Of a stretch of 64,000 nucleotides of DNA, positions 27,690 through 37,497 are shown piece by piece. Each line of letters opens with the position of its first letter. Positions within the stretch are counted from its first letter, which is position 1. The stretch comes from Candidatus Sungiibacteriota bacterium (GTDB lineage: Bacteria; Patescibacteriota; Minisyncoccia; Sungbacterales; HO2-52-23). Both the position numbers and the translations under genes were made by a program. Below the pieces are notes generated by a model that searched no databases, had not been told where the DNA came from, and saw only the letters and a program-made list of their open reading frames with translations. Location: contig CP066690.1 in assembly GCA_016432465.1 (NCBI GenBank), positions 683,666 to 747,665 on the forward strand. The letters run 5' to 3'.

Positions 27690-28589
27690 ATGGTTCTCGG
27701 ACATGAGCGACAAATTGATTATTTAAATAAAGTATTAAAACGTGGGCGTATGGCGCACGCCTATTTATTTTCCGGGCCGGAGGGTATAGGGAAATTTGAA
27801 GTGGCCAAGGCGATCGCTAAATCTTTTTATTGCGAAGGAGCAAAAAAGTCGCTCCACGATGTTTGCGGCGAATGTGTCCAATGCCGGCTTATTGACTCCG
27901 CTGCCCATCCGCACGTCGTAATACTGGATCCGAAACACACGTTAGTTTCTAAAAAAGTTCCTAGATCCGACCACGGTCGGACCGGGATGGCGGTCTCTAG
28001 GCCAGAAGGCCGTGATGGCCTAGCCACTGAAAGCCTAGCCAAAAAACGAAAAGAAATTCCTATACAAGACGTCCGCGAGCTAAAACGGGTTTTTTCTTTA
28101 GCCCCACAGGGTAACAACTGGAGGATTGCAATTATTAATAATGCTGATAAAATGAGTCAAGAAGCGGCTAACTCTTTCTTGAAGCTTTTGGAAGAGCCTG
28201 GTCAGCAAACCTTGATTATACTCCTTAGTGCCTATCCGGAGATGTTGCCTCAAACCGTTGTCTCACGCACCCAAGTGATTAAATTTTTTGGAGGGCGTGC
28301 GGGTTTCTCCCAAGAGGATAAAGAACTTAGACAGGAATTGGCTTTACTGGTTAGACAGCGGGATTTACCCCGTGCCTTTAAATTTTTTGAGAAAGCAGTC
28401 GACAATGACGAGCTTCGCAAAAAAACTATTTTTTTACTTTTGGCCACGGCGCGTAATAAGTTGCTCGCCACGCCCCAAAGAGAAAGCGTGATGACTATCA
28501 AGGAGATGCTGCGTATCGCCGAAATTATGGAAACCACAAATGTTAATTCACGCCTAGCGTTGGACGTTTTATTTTTAAAACTGGTTTGA
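27690..28589 (+). CDS. holB: DNA polymerase III subunit delta'
   Basis: AAA+ clamp-loader fold, degenerate P-loop (GPEGIGK), Zn module CGECVQC. Confidence 0.8.
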   Translation: MVLGHERQIDYLNKVLKRGRMAHAYLFSGPEGIGKFEVAKAIAKSFYCEGAKKSLHDVCGECVQCRLIDSAAHPHVVILDPKHTLVSKKVPRSDHGRTGMAVSRPEGRDGLATESLAKKRKEIPIQDVRELKRVFSLAPQGNNWRIAIINNADKMSQEAANSFLKLLEEPGQQTLIILLSAYPEMLPQTVVSRTQVIKFFGGRAGFSQEDKELRQELALLVRQRDLPRAFKFFEKAVDNDELRKKTIFLLLATARNKLLATPQRESVMTIKEMLRIAEIMETTNVNSRLALDVLFLKLV

Positions 28590-28590
28590 G

Positions 28591-29739
28591 ATGGTCTCCC
28601 GACTGCTTATTTTAATTCTTGTTCTGTTTCTGGGGGCCGTAGTGATTATCCCCTTTGTTTTGAATATCGCCGGTGTTACCAGTTTTCAGTTTGGTTCCCT
28701 AAGCGGCGGTCCGCAAGCCGGCAGTGGTATACTTCTGCGTTCTGGTGACGGAGGAATGGGCTGGGAAAATACGGTATTTTCCGGTGCAAGACGTATCCGT
28801 GCTCCTGATAAAATTTTGGATATCGCATTCCATCCGCAAAATGCTGATATTGTTTTTGCAGGAACCAAGTCATCAGGACTCTGGAAGAGCGATGATGGTG
28901 GAAAATCATGGGGGAAAATTACTGATCAGTCACGAGCCCTTGAATCTAATGCCGACGTATACAGGATTGAAGTGAGCAGGAGCAATCCCCAAATAATTTA
29001 TCTTGCAGTTTTTCAAAACAGTCGCGGTCGGGTATTTAAAAGCGAAAACAGTGGTCTGTCTTTCCGCGAAATATATTTTGTGACCGCCAATCGTTTTGGC
29101 GTTTTTGACTTATACGTCAATCCCCAAGATTCCAACCACGTCATTGTTGTTACGGGTCAGGGCGGGATCCTTGAATCCAGAAATGGCGGCAAAACCTGGC
29201 ACGTTATTAAATGGTTCAGCGAGGCCCTGACAAGAATTTTAGTAAACCCGGCTTTTTACGGAGAGATTTTTGTAGTTATTTCATCGGGCAAACTTTTTAA
29301 AACATTTGATGGCGGAGAAAATTGGGCCGATTTGCAGGAACCCGGCATTAAGACGGGGACCTTTCCTCCACCCAACGCAACCCTAAACCCTTTTGTCGGT
29401 CTTACATCAAAACGTTCTATTGAAGCGCTGGTGGCCGATCCCAATAATTTTACAACCCTTTTCATCGGCTCCAAAGAGGGCCTTGTACGCTCTACCGATG
29501 GCGGTTTTTCGTGGGATCGGGTGAACTTGTTGATCCCGCCGGAAGATTTACCGGTAAGCGCTGTTGCCGTTTCTTACTCCGATTCCAATAAAATTTTTGC
29601 AACAGCATCAACCCAGTTTCATAAGACGACGGATGGGGGAGAAAATTGGACGGTAAGTGCGCTTCCGACTAGATTTAGAACTAATAAGATTTTGGTTCAT
29701 CCCCTGCGTTCAGATACAATGTTTGCGGTGCTTAAATAG
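28591..29739 (+). CDS. membrane-anchored BNR/Asp-box repeat beta-propeller protein (Ycf48-like)
   Basis: Five SxDGGxxW-type repeats (SDDGGKSW, SRNGGKTW, TFDGGENW, STDGGFSW, TTDGGENW). Confidence 0.7.
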   Translation: MVSRLLILILVLFLGAVVIIPFVLNIAGVTSFQFGSLSGGPQAGSGILLRSGDGGMGWENTVFSGARRIRAPDKILDIAFHPQNADIVFAGTKSSGLWKSDDGGKSWGKITDQSRALESNADVYRIEVSRSNPQIIYLAVFQNSRGRVFKSENSGLSFREIYFVTANRFGVFDLYVNPQDSNHVIVVTGQGGILESRNGGKTWHVIKWFSEALTRILVNPAFYGEIFVVISSGKLFKTFDGGENWADLQEPGIKTGTFPPPNATLNPFVGLTSKRSIEALVADPNNFTTLFIGSKEGLVRSTDGGFSWDRVNLLIPPEDLPVSAVAVSYSDSNKIFATASTQFHKTTDGGENWTVSALPTRFRTNKILVHPLRSDTMFAVLK

Positions 29740-29745
29740 ATTTTT

Positions 29746-30288
29746 ATGGAGGAATTTAAGCAAAAACTGGAGAAGATTTTAAAGAGATTTAAAAACGAAC
29801 TCTTATCTCTTCGTACCGGTCGTGCCACGCCGGCCCTGGTTGAAGATTTAGAAGTTGATTATTACGGTTCTAAAACTCCGCTTAAAGCCGTTGCTTCTAT
29901 CTCCAGTCCCGGGCCGCGTGAGCTTCTTATTCAGCCTTGGGATAAAAATGTGATTCCGGCAGTTGAAAAGGCCCTACAGGGTTCTTCTCTGGGATTAAAT
30001 CCGATTACGGATCGTGATGCTATACGTCTTACTATCCCCGCGCTTACGGAGGAACGAAGAAAGGAGTTGGTAAAAATGCTGGGGCGCTACAGTGAAGATG
30101 CGCGGATTCAGGTGCGTAGAGAACGCGAAGAGGTGTTGAAAGAGGTGGAGAGGAAAGAAAAAAACGGGGAGGTATCTGAAGACGAAAAATTCCGGCAGAA
30201 AAACGAAGTACAAAAAATTATTGACGAGACTAATAAAAAAATTGAAGAGACAGGTCTGACAAAAGAAAAAGAAATTATGACTATATGA
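29746..30288 (+). CDS. frr: ribosome recycling factor
   Basis: Conserved RRF blocks across the full length. Confidence 0.9.
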   Translation: MEEFKQKLEKILKRFKNELLSLRTGRATPALVEDLEVDYYGSKTPLKAVASISSPGPRELLIQPWDKNVIPAVEKALQGSSLGLNPITDRDAIRLTIPALTEERRKELVKMLGRYSEDARIQVRREREEVLKEVERKEKNGEVSEDEKFRQKNEVQKIIDETNKKIEETGLTKEKEIMTI

Positions 30289-31010
30289 GCAAGCGGCGGC
30301 TGGATGAAGCAATTATTCGGTTGGGTTTATCTAAAGATAAACAGGAAGCTTTTATCACAGTCACAGAAGGACGAGTATTGGTTGACGGTCAAAAAGCAGT
30401 CTCACCGGCGCAGCTTGTAAGCCCGCAAGCAAAGATAGAGATTCGCGAAGAGCCGCTTTACGTAGGCAGGGGGGCGTATAAACTTGAAGCCGCTCTTAAA
30501 AAATTTGGAATAAACGTAAAAGATAAAATTTGTGCAGATATCGGCGCGGCTACGGGCGGATTTACACAGGTTCTGCTTTTGTACGGCGCCAAAAGAGTTT
30601 ATGCGATTGATACTGCCCGTGGAAAAATCGCCTTGAAAATTCGTAGGGAGCCCCACGTGGTAGTTATGGAAAGCGTTGATGCGCGGGACATTAAAAAATT
30701 ACCGGAGAGCGTGGATATTGTTACTATGGACGTCTCACTTATACCGCTTCGTGAGTTATTGCCCCATACGAGGCGTTTTTTAAAACCCAAAGGCGAAGTT
30801 ATCGCGCTTTTCAAACCCCAGTACGAAACGCGGGACCCAAAAATTTTGAGACATGGTGTAGTGCAAGACGACGTAGCGCGCGGAAAATTGCTCCAAGATT
30901 TTATTGACTGGACTGAAAAGAGCGGATGGCGGATAATGGACCAGATGGAGTCACCAATTAAAGGAGATAAGGGAAACATAGAGTATATGCTATGGTTACA
31001 CTTGTCTTAG
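30285..31010 (+). CDS. tlyA: TlyA-family rRNA 2'-O-methyltransferase (S4 domain plus FtsJ-like MTase)
   Basis: S4 RNA-binding N-terminus and SAM motif DIGAATGGFT. Confidence 0.8.
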   Translation: MSKRRLDEAIIRLGLSKDKQEAFITVTEGRVLVDGQKAVSPAQLVSPQAKIEIREEPLYVGRGAYKLEAALKKFGINVKDKICADIGAATGGFTQVLLLYGAKRVYAIDTARGKIALKIRREPHVVVMESVDARDIKKLPESVDIVTMDVSLIPLRELLPHTRRFLKPKGEVIALFKPQYETRDPKILRHGVVQDDVARGKLLQDFIDWTEKSGWRIMDQMESPIKGDKGNIEYMLWLHLS

Positions 31011-32059
31011 TTTTAGTTGTTATTAGTCTTTTGATCCTCGTTCACGAATGGGGACATTTTTATTCGGCAAGAAAACTGGGTGTAAAGGTTGAAGAATTTG
31101 GGTTTGGTTTTCCGCCCAAAGTTTATTCGCGCATCAAAAACGGAGTGAGGTATTCTTTTAACTTGCTGCCTTTTGGGGGGTTTGTAAAAATTTTTGGGGA
31201 ACACGGAGAAGGCGAAGGAGATAAACAAAGTTTTATTTCGCGTCCCCCGTGGCAGCGATTTACCATACTGGTTGCCGGAGTTGCTATGAATTTTATCCTT
31301 GCTTGGGTTTTTTTCAGCGTTGGCTCCGCAATTGGCGTACCGCAGATGCTGGATGAAAAACGGGATGGAATTCCTGTCTCAATAATTTCCGTGCTTCCCG
31401 GATCTCCGGCGGAACAGGCCGGTCTTAAATTTGGCGATCAGATCTTGGAAATGCGTTCTCCCGATGTTTCTTTGAGAATTGAAACGGAAAAAGATGTACG
31501 CGACTTTGTGGATGCTTATCGCGGGGAAGAAATAACATTAGTTGTTAAACGCAGCAAAGATGTTATTGAAGTTAAAGCAACGCCACGCGCTCATATAGCC
31601 GAGGGTGAGGGACCTTTGGGTATCGGTCTTGCGCGAATTATAGTTAAACGCGCCCCTTGGTATCTTGCTCCGTTGGAGGGAGCAAAGACGCTTGTAAGAA
31701 GCGTATCTGCGATTATTTTGGGCCTTTACACAGTTGTGAGGGAACTCTTGGTTAGGGGTGGGGCCCCGATTGCAGTTTCTGGTCCAGTGGGAATATTCTT
31801 TTTTGCACAAGATACTCGTGCGTTGGGCATCTCATATTTCTTGCAGTTTGTGGGTCTCCTGTCCGTAAATCTGGCTATACTTAATTTTCTGCCCATTCCT
31901 GCGTTAGACGGCGGACGCGCCCTTTTTCTTATCATTGAAAAAATTAGGGGACGACGCATTAACGTAAATATTGAAAATTTTATTCATACCCTTGGTTTTG
32001 CTTTTCTTATTTTAATTATGGTGCTCGTGACCTATCGGGATATTGTGAGGATTTTGTAG
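30992..32059 (+). CDS. rseP: RIP site-2 metalloprotease RseP family
   Basis: HEWGHF zinc motif, a PDZ domain and the LDG motif. Confidence 0.85.
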   Translation: MVTLVLVLVVISLLILVHEWGHFYSARKLGVKVEEFGFGFPPKVYSRIKNGVRYSFNLLPFGGFVKIFGEHGEGEGDKQSFISRPPWQRFTILVAGVAMNFILAWVFFSVGSAIGVPQMLDEKRDGIPVSIISVLPGSPAEQAGLKFGDQILEMRSPDVSLRIETEKDVRDFVDAYRGEEITLVVKRSKDVIEVKATPRAHIAEGEGPLGIGLARIIVKRAPWYLAPLEGAKTLVRSVSAIILGLYTVVRELLVRGGAPIAVSGPVGIFFFAQDTRALGISYFLQFVGLLSVNLAILNFLPIPALDGGRALFLIIEKIRGRRINVNIENFIHTLGFAFLILIMVLVTYRDIVRIL

Positions 32060-32121
32060 CTGTTGATAACTATGTTTGACTCTTAAGATTTGTTTGGTTA
32101 GAATCTTAACGGCACACTTTT

Positions 32122-32553
32122 TTGAGGCGGATCATGAAGCATCCCCTTCAAGCGTTACTCATCGCACCTATTCGTAAAATGCGAGAAGATGTTCTTGCCG
32201 GAAGCAAACAAATTACGATTCGGGATGGACACAGAGATTATAGACTCGGGGGAGTTATGCTTTGCTGTCCTGATAAGCCATGGTGTGTTGCCGCTGACAT
32301 TACGGTCGTACGTCACACCACCTACGGTGAGATTGTTGAGGAAGAATACAAAGCTGATGGATTTTTGAGTCCTCAGGAGATGATTGAGGGGATGCGGAGG
32401 TTCTATCCCTATGCCGATTTTGACAAGCCGGCAACAGTGATTAGGTGGAATAACGTTCACGGCAAACTCGTGGATCAATATCATAAGAGGCAGGCTAAGA
32501 AATTAAGTAAGCATCAAAAAGCCTGCTGTGGTAAAGGTCCTTATAAAGGTTGA
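32122..32553 (+). CDS. hypothetical protein, possibly ASCH-domain
   Basis: Weak beta-barrel ASCH-like pattern (GSKQITIRDG). Confidence 0.4.
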   Translation: MRRIMKHPLQALLIAPIRKMREDVLAGSKQITIRDGHRDYRLGGVMLCCPDKPWCVAADITVVRHTTYGEIVEEEYKADGFLSPQEMIEGMRRFYPYADFDKPATVIRWNNVHGKLVDQYHKRQAKKLSKHQKACCGKGPYKG

Positions 32554-32686
32554 TGTAGTCCGTCAACCTTTTAAGTTGTTGTTTGCATTATTTTCTCCGG
32601 CATGCTATACTGTATATATAGCTTAGTATTAAAACATATTTAGGTCTTAGATATCTACTTTTCGTTGATGTTGAAAGGCCATTCAT

Positions 32687-32743
32687 CCCACACATAACTT
32701 GCACAGGGCATTTGTGCAAAGCACGGTGCAAGTTATGTGTGGG
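32687..32743. repeat. perfect 18-bp inverted repeat (CCCACACATAACTTGCAC ... GTGCAAGTTATGTGTGGG) with a 21-nt centre, flanked by ATTCAT direct repeats. MITE-like palindromic element or hairpin
   Basis: Read directly from sequence. It sits in a 490-nt intergenic region. Confidence 0.55.
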
Positions 32744-33046
32744 ATTCATCCTCCCAACTTTTTGCATCGATAGTTTCGGCTTATTTGCAAGCGGGCGAGT
32801 GAAAAGCAAACTTGTTTGCTTTTCCGAGCGAGTGCTGCAAATATAGGAGAAATTACCCTATATTTTTAAGATAAGACGCCAGAGGTATACGAAATCCTAC
32901 GGCACGTAGATACTTCGCTGCAAAAAGTTGGGAGGACAAGGTTTTAAGAAGAGCAAGGTCGTTACATAATTAGCTTTTAGCTTACAGCTTATAGCTTTCA
33001 GGATAATCCTAGAAGCTAATTCCTAAAAGCTAGAAGCTCGTCGAAA

Positions 33047-33244
33047 GTGGCTTTTCAAGATCAAAGAGGTGGATTTCAGGATGATCGTCCTAAGTACGAC
33101 ATCACCTGTTCCAAGTGCGGAGCAGCCTCTACAGTACCCTTCCCGCCAACTGCGGGACGCGATGTCTACTGTAAGGACTGTTTCCGTGAGATGAGACCGC
33201 CCCGTCGTGACTTTCACGGCGGTGGAGGATTCCGACCTCGATAA
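33047..33244 (+). CDS. small zinc-ribbon protein (CxxC-x17-CxxC)
   Basis: CSKC...CKDC. Confidence 0.5.
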   Translation: MAFQDQRGGFQDDRPKYDITCSKCGAASTVPFPPTAGRDVYCKDCFREMRPPRRDFHGGGGFRPR

Positions 33245-33247
33245 ATT

Positions 33248-33289
33248 AAACCAAAATCCCCTGAACAATGTTCAGGGGATTTTGGTTTA
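33248..33289. terminator. rho-independent terminator (perfect 17-bp stem)
   Basis: AAACCAAAATCCCCTGAACA-atg-TTCAGGGGATTTTGGTTT. Confidence 0.7.
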
Positions 33290-33315
33290 ATATACGGACG
33301 TAGTATAATTTCCGC

Positions 33316-33585
33316 ATGGTAAATTCACTTGTAAGCTGCAAAAAATGCGGCCATACTCTCTATACAAATCGGGAAAAAGAGCAAGGCCTTTGTGAAAACT
33401 GTTCACGTCAGACTGCGGGAAAATGTGTGAGGTGCGGCGTACCGTTAGTAACAACCGGCAGGTCTGGAGGAGAATTTTGTAGTCGTTGTCGGACTCTAGA
33501 AGCAAACTGTATGAAATGCGGTTTAAGGTTATATACTCCGCAGGAGCGAAAAAGCGGAGTATGTGTACGTTGCAGCAGAAAATAA
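33316..33585 (+). CDS. double zinc-ribbon protein (four CxxC pairs)
   Basis: CKKC, CENC, CVRC, CSRC, CMKC, CVRC. Confidence 0.5.
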   Translation: MVNSLVSCKKCGHTLYTNREKEQGLCENCSRQTAGKCVRCGVPLVTTGRSGGEFCSRCRTLEANCMKCGLRLYTPQERKSGVCVRCSRK

Positions 33586-33587
33586 AT

Positions 33588-34811
33588 ATGCAAAAATATG
33601 ACTATTTAATTATTGGTGGCGGGATTGCGGGTGTGACTGCTGCAGAGACTATCCGGGAACGCGCGCCTGATTCTTCCATCGGACTGATTTGCGATGAGTC
33701 GTATCCTTTGTATTCACGAGTAATGCTCCCGGGGTATCTCAAAAAAAAGATCTCGCGCGAGCAGCTTTTTTTGCGGCAGGTGGACGATTTTACTTCCAAG
33801 CGCATTGACCTTCGTCTTAAAGAAGAAGCAGCCTATGTTGATGTAAAAAGAAAGGAGGTGGGTCTGGCTAATCGTATAGTTCTTAGCTACGAGAAACTGC
33901 TTATTGCGAGCGGCGGCAATACACTGGACTGGGGAAGGCCGGAAGAACAAGGGTTTATTTATCGTCTGCAGACCCTGGATGATGCGGATAAACTATTTCA
34001 AAAACTTGAGACTATCCGTCAGCCAATAGTGATAGGAGCCTCGTTTATCAGTTTGGAATTTCTTGAAATTTTTGTAACCAACAGTATCCAGCCCCTGCTT
34101 CTTGTACGTACCCCACACTTTTTTTCGCGTATTTTTGATTATACCGGAGGAGAAATACTGCATGACAATTTTGAACGCCACGGCATAAAAATACAATTTA
34201 ATGACGAGATTGCGGAAATAACAAAACACAACACCGCGTTTTCGGTTCAAACCAAGGGTCTACGCATATTGGAGAGCGACGCCCTAGCGCTTGGATTAGG
34301 AATTAAACGCAATATGGAGTTTATCCGTGGCTCCGGAGTGGAGCTAGGAGAGCAGGGGGTACGCACCAATGAGTATTTGGAGACAAGTATAACTGATGTT
34401 TGGGCAGCAGGAGATGTAGCCGAATTTTACGATGTTATTTTAGGGGAGCACCACGCTATGGGTAATTGGACTAACGCTTTTTTGCAGGGGCAAAGAGTGG
34501 GACTCAATATGACTGGAGAGCGTGAGCCTTTTAAAAAAGTTTCCAGTTATTCCATAACCAATTTGGGATTTCAGATAACGGCATTAGGCAATTGCAACGA
34601 TGGCCGCGATACTATTGTGCGTGTGGATAAAATTAAAAATCAATATGAAAGGTTTTTCCTGCGTGACGGCATTTTGGTTGGGGCGGCGCTTATTAATCGT
34701 TTTCAGGACAAATCTCACCTGGCTAAATTCATTGAGGCCAAAGTATCTATGGAGTCGTATCGCGATAAGCTGACCGATTTTGGATTTGACATAACGGCAA
34801 TACCAGCCTAA
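33588..34811 (+). CDS. FAD/NAD(P)-dependent pyridine nucleotide-disulfide-family oxidoreductase
   Basis: GxGxxG (IIGGGIAG), a second Rossmann motif and GD motif (AAGDVAE). The start is taken at the internal Met (MQKYDYLIIGGG). Confidence 0.7.
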   Translation: MQKYDYLIIGGGIAGVTAAETIRERAPDSSIGLICDESYPLYSRVMLPGYLKKKISREQLFLRQVDDFTSKRIDLRLKEEAAYVDVKRKEVGLANRIVLSYEKLLIASGGNTLDWGRPEEQGFIYRLQTLDDADKLFQKLETIRQPIVIGASFISLEFLEIFVTNSIQPLLLVRTPHFFSRIFDYTGGEILHDNFERHGIKIQFNDEIAEITKHNTAFSVQTKGLRILESDALALGLGIKRNMEFIRGSGVELGEQGVRTNEYLETSITDVWAAGDVAEFYDVILGEHHAMGNWTNAFLQGQRVGLNMTGEREPFKKVSSYSITNLGFQITALGNCNDGRDTIVRVDKIKNQYERFFLRDGILVGAALINRFQDKSHLAKFIEAKVSMESYRDKLTDFGFDITAIPA

Positions 34812-34821
34812 TATAGTCTTT

Positions 34822-35574
34822 ATGGAGGAAGATACTAAAATAGAAACCGAGGATATCAAAAACGCCGGAGCGCATTCGGCACCAAATCCATATCTAGTTC
34901 CTGCCGCGATCGTCATTGCCGGACTTTTAATAGCCGGAGCAGTATTTTACACCAACTCTCCAAAAACTCCGGCAGCCAATCGTCAAACAGCAGCAGCGGG
35001 GGAGCCGGCCATATCAGCGACCGGAGATCTAGCGGATGACGATCCGGTATTAGGCAACCCGGAAGCTTTGGTTACCGTGATAGAATTTAGTGACTTTCAA
35101 TGCCCTTTTTGTCGGCGTTTTTTCCGCGATACTTTATCCCAGCTTAAGGACAAATACATAAAAACCGGCAAAGTGCGTTTTGTTTATAGGGACTTTCCTC
35201 TTACGGGGATTCACGACATGGCCCAAAAATACGCGGAAGCGGCAGAGTGCGCGGATGAACAGGGGAAATTCTGGCAGATGCATGACAAAATTTTTGAGGA
35301 GCAGGATAAACGCGGGGTGGCAACGGTGTTTGATATTACCGTGGCTGACATTAAGCAGTGGGCTCGTGGGGTCGGTCTTAACGGCGCGGCGTTTGATGGT
35401 TGTCTTGACTCGGATAAATATTTTGAAGAAGTGCAAAAAGATTTTCGCGATGGTCAGGCGAATGGCGTAAACGGCACTCCGGGCACATTTGTCAACGGCC
35501 GCCTGATTCAGGGCGCAGTGCCTTTTGAGCAGTTTGCATCCGTGATTGAACAGGAACTTGGGCGGGCAAAATAG
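34822..35574 (+). CDS. DsbA-like thiol:disulfide oxidoreductase, membrane-anchored
   Basis: N-terminal TM segment. CPFC active site within a thioredoxin fold. Confidence 0.7.
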   Translation: MEEDTKIETEDIKNAGAHSAPNPYLVPAAIVIAGLLIAGAVFYTNSPKTPAANRQTAAAGEPAISATGDLADDDPVLGNPEALVTVIEFSDFQCPFCRRFFRDTLSQLKDKYIKTGKVRFVYRDFPLTGIHDMAQKYAEAAECADEQGKFWQMHDKIFEEQDKRGVATVFDITVADIKQWARGVGLNGAAFDGCLDSDKYFEEVQKDFRDGQANGVNGTPGTFVNGRLIQGAVPFEQFASVIEQELGRAK

Positions 35575-35645
35575 TATTTAGCTGTGGAAAAGCGGCTCTT
35601 GACAAGCCGTTTTCTCGGGAGTATACTTATTATTATTGAACAACT

Positions 35646-35951
35646 ATGACAACAAAAGAAGTTAAAGTAACCGATTTGTCAAGAAGACTGGCTCTTTTTA
35701 GCGATCCGGTCAGGTTACGGCTTTTCTTGTTCTTGTTTTCCTCTGGCGAGAAGGATCTTTGCGTCTCGGATATTGCGGCCTACCTTAAGAGTTCGCTTTC
35801 CAATACCTCGCACCAGCTAAGAAAACTGGAACTGGCCGGTTTTGCAAGACCAGTGCGCCATGGCCGTATGATATGCTATCAGTCCATCAAGACGGATACC
35901 AATAAATTATTATATACTTATCTTACACGTTTAATGAGGCGCGGATTGTAG
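35646..35951 (+). CDS. ArsR/SmtB-family metalloregulatory transcriptional repressor
   Basis: Winged HTH with the LCVSDIAAYL metal-site region. Confidence 0.7.
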   Translation: MTTKEVKVTDLSRRLALFSDPVRLRLFLFLFSSGEKDLCVSDIAAYLKSSLSNTSHQLRKLELAGFARPVRHGRMICYQSIKTDTNKLLYTYLTRLMRRGL

Positions 35952-35989
35952 CGGATAGAGGAACAACCCTGTTAGTCTATTCGTTTACT

Positions 35990-36238
35990 ATGCGTGCGTT
36001 ATCTATGGCCCAAGTAAAAATATACACAACTCCCACTTGCGTTTATTGCAAGATGACCAAGGAGTTTTTTAAGCAAAACAATATACAGTATGAGGAGAAA
36101 AACGTAGCTACTGACGCTGTGGCTCGCGATGAGATGATTCAAAAATCCGGCCAGATGGGAGTGCCGGTGGTTGAAATTGATGGAAAAATTATCATTGGTT
36201 TTGACCAGCCGCATCTTAAAGAGGCCCTTGGTATTTAA
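35990..36238 (+). CDS. glutaredoxin/NrdH-like redoxin
   Basis: CVYC active site and Grx fold (GVPVVEIDGK). Confidence 0.7.
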   Translation: MRALSMAQVKIYTTPTCVYCKMTKEFFKQNNIQYEEKNVATDAVARDEMIQKSGQMGVPVVEIDGKIIIGFDQPHLKEALGI

Positions 36239-37257
36239 TGAACAAGGTCACGTTTATTGCTATATTTTTGGCCGCATTGTTGGTGGGATTTTTAGGATAT
36301 CAATTATTTTTTAGACCACAGGTTAAATTACCCAAAGGGGAGCCGCGTGAAGAAAAAATTATGATCGAAGAAGGCAAGGAACAAAACATTTTAGTTACCG
36401 ACGGAGTTAAGCATTCTATTCCGCTAAACGAAATTATTTCTGGCGGCCCGCCCAAAGACGGCATCCCTTCCGTTGATAACCCCAAGTTTATGGCCGTTTC
36501 AGAAGCCAATGGCTGGCTTAAAGATGCAGAACCCGGTCTTGCTTTTTCGCGCGGTAACACGCACCGGTTCTATCCGTATCAAATTTTGGTGTGGCATGAG
36601 ATTGTTAACGATTCAATCGAAGGTGAACGTATTTTGGTGACATACTGCCCCCTTTGTCTAAGCGGATTTGTCTTTGACCCGGTAGTGAAGGGCGAGCGGG
36701 TTGAGTTTGGAACTTCGGGCAAACTCTGGAAATCTAACCTCGTTATGTACGACAGGAAAACCGATTCGCTTTGGTCGCAAATTTTGGGCGAAGCAATTGT
36801 GGGCGAGATGACCGGCATCAAGCTAAAACTGCTTGAGTCCGATTTACTGCGCTATGGGGATTGGAAAAAGAAATTTCCCCAAGGACAGGTGATGTCGCGC
36901 GATACCGGCGCCACAAGATTTTACGGGTCCAGTCCTTATGGCGACTATTTTTCCCCGGTTGATTTTGCTATCGGCCTTACCGGTTCCCGCGATGCCCGTC
37001 TCTCACCCGAAGCATTTATCTTTGGGATTGTGATAAATGAAAAAGCAAAGGCCTATCTGGTTGATGCCGTTAAAAGTAAAGGCGAGGTTGAGGACGATTT
37101 TCAGGGGGTAAAAATTATTTTACGCCACGATAAAGAGTTAGACGTGGTACGAATGTTTAAAAAAACACCAGACGGCCGGGAAGAGCGTATAAATCCTTTC
37201 AGCGCTTTCTGGTTTTCCTGGTCAGCCGTCCACCCGGCGACTGACTTATATAAATAA
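36238..37257 (+). CDS. DUF3179-family protein, membrane-anchored
   Basis: YCPLC and YDRKTDSLWSQ..GEA..G blocks. Confidence 0.6.
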   Translation: MNKVTFIAIFLAALLVGFLGYQLFFRPQVKLPKGEPREEKIMIEEGKEQNILVTDGVKHSIPLNEIISGGPPKDGIPSVDNPKFMAVSEANGWLKDAEPGLAFSRGNTHRFYPYQILVWHEIVNDSIEGERILVTYCPLCLSGFVFDPVVKGERVEFGTSGKLWKSNLVMYDRKTDSLWSQILGEAIVGEMTGIKLKLLESDLLRYGDWKKKFPQGQVMSRDTGATRFYGSSPYGDYFSPVDFAIGLTGSRDARLSPEAFIFGIVINEKAKAYLVDAVKSKGEVEDDFQGVKIILRHDKELDVVRMFKKTPDGREERINPFSAFWFSWSAVHPATDLYK

Positions 37258-37297
37258 GGGTTGGTCGTTATTATTAAAATAAATTTATATTACAATT

Positions 37298-37474
37298 ATG
37301 GATGATCACCATCAAAATAAATGTATGGCTTGTTCTTGTCCTTGCGACATGCATAAAGAGCATACCCACCACGAAGAGGATCACAATATGGACCACGAAG
37401 AAGGCCACGAGAAAGGAGGGTGTATGGCTTGTTCTTGTCCTTGCGACGAGCACAAAGAGCATAACCACGAATAG
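37298..37474 (+). CDS. Cys/His-rich metal-binding peptide (58 aa) with a duplicated CMACSCPCD motif. Metallothionein-like
   Basis: Hand translation MDDHHQNKCMACSCPCDMHKEHTHHEEDHNMDHEEGHEKGGCMACSCPCDEHKEHNHE. Below the ORF-track cutoff. Confidence 0.55.
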   Translation: MDDHHQNKCMACSCPCDMHKEHTHHEEDHNMDHEEGHEKGGCMACSCPCDEHKEHNHE

Positions 37475-37497
37475 TTCGTGGTTATGCTTGCCCGAAC

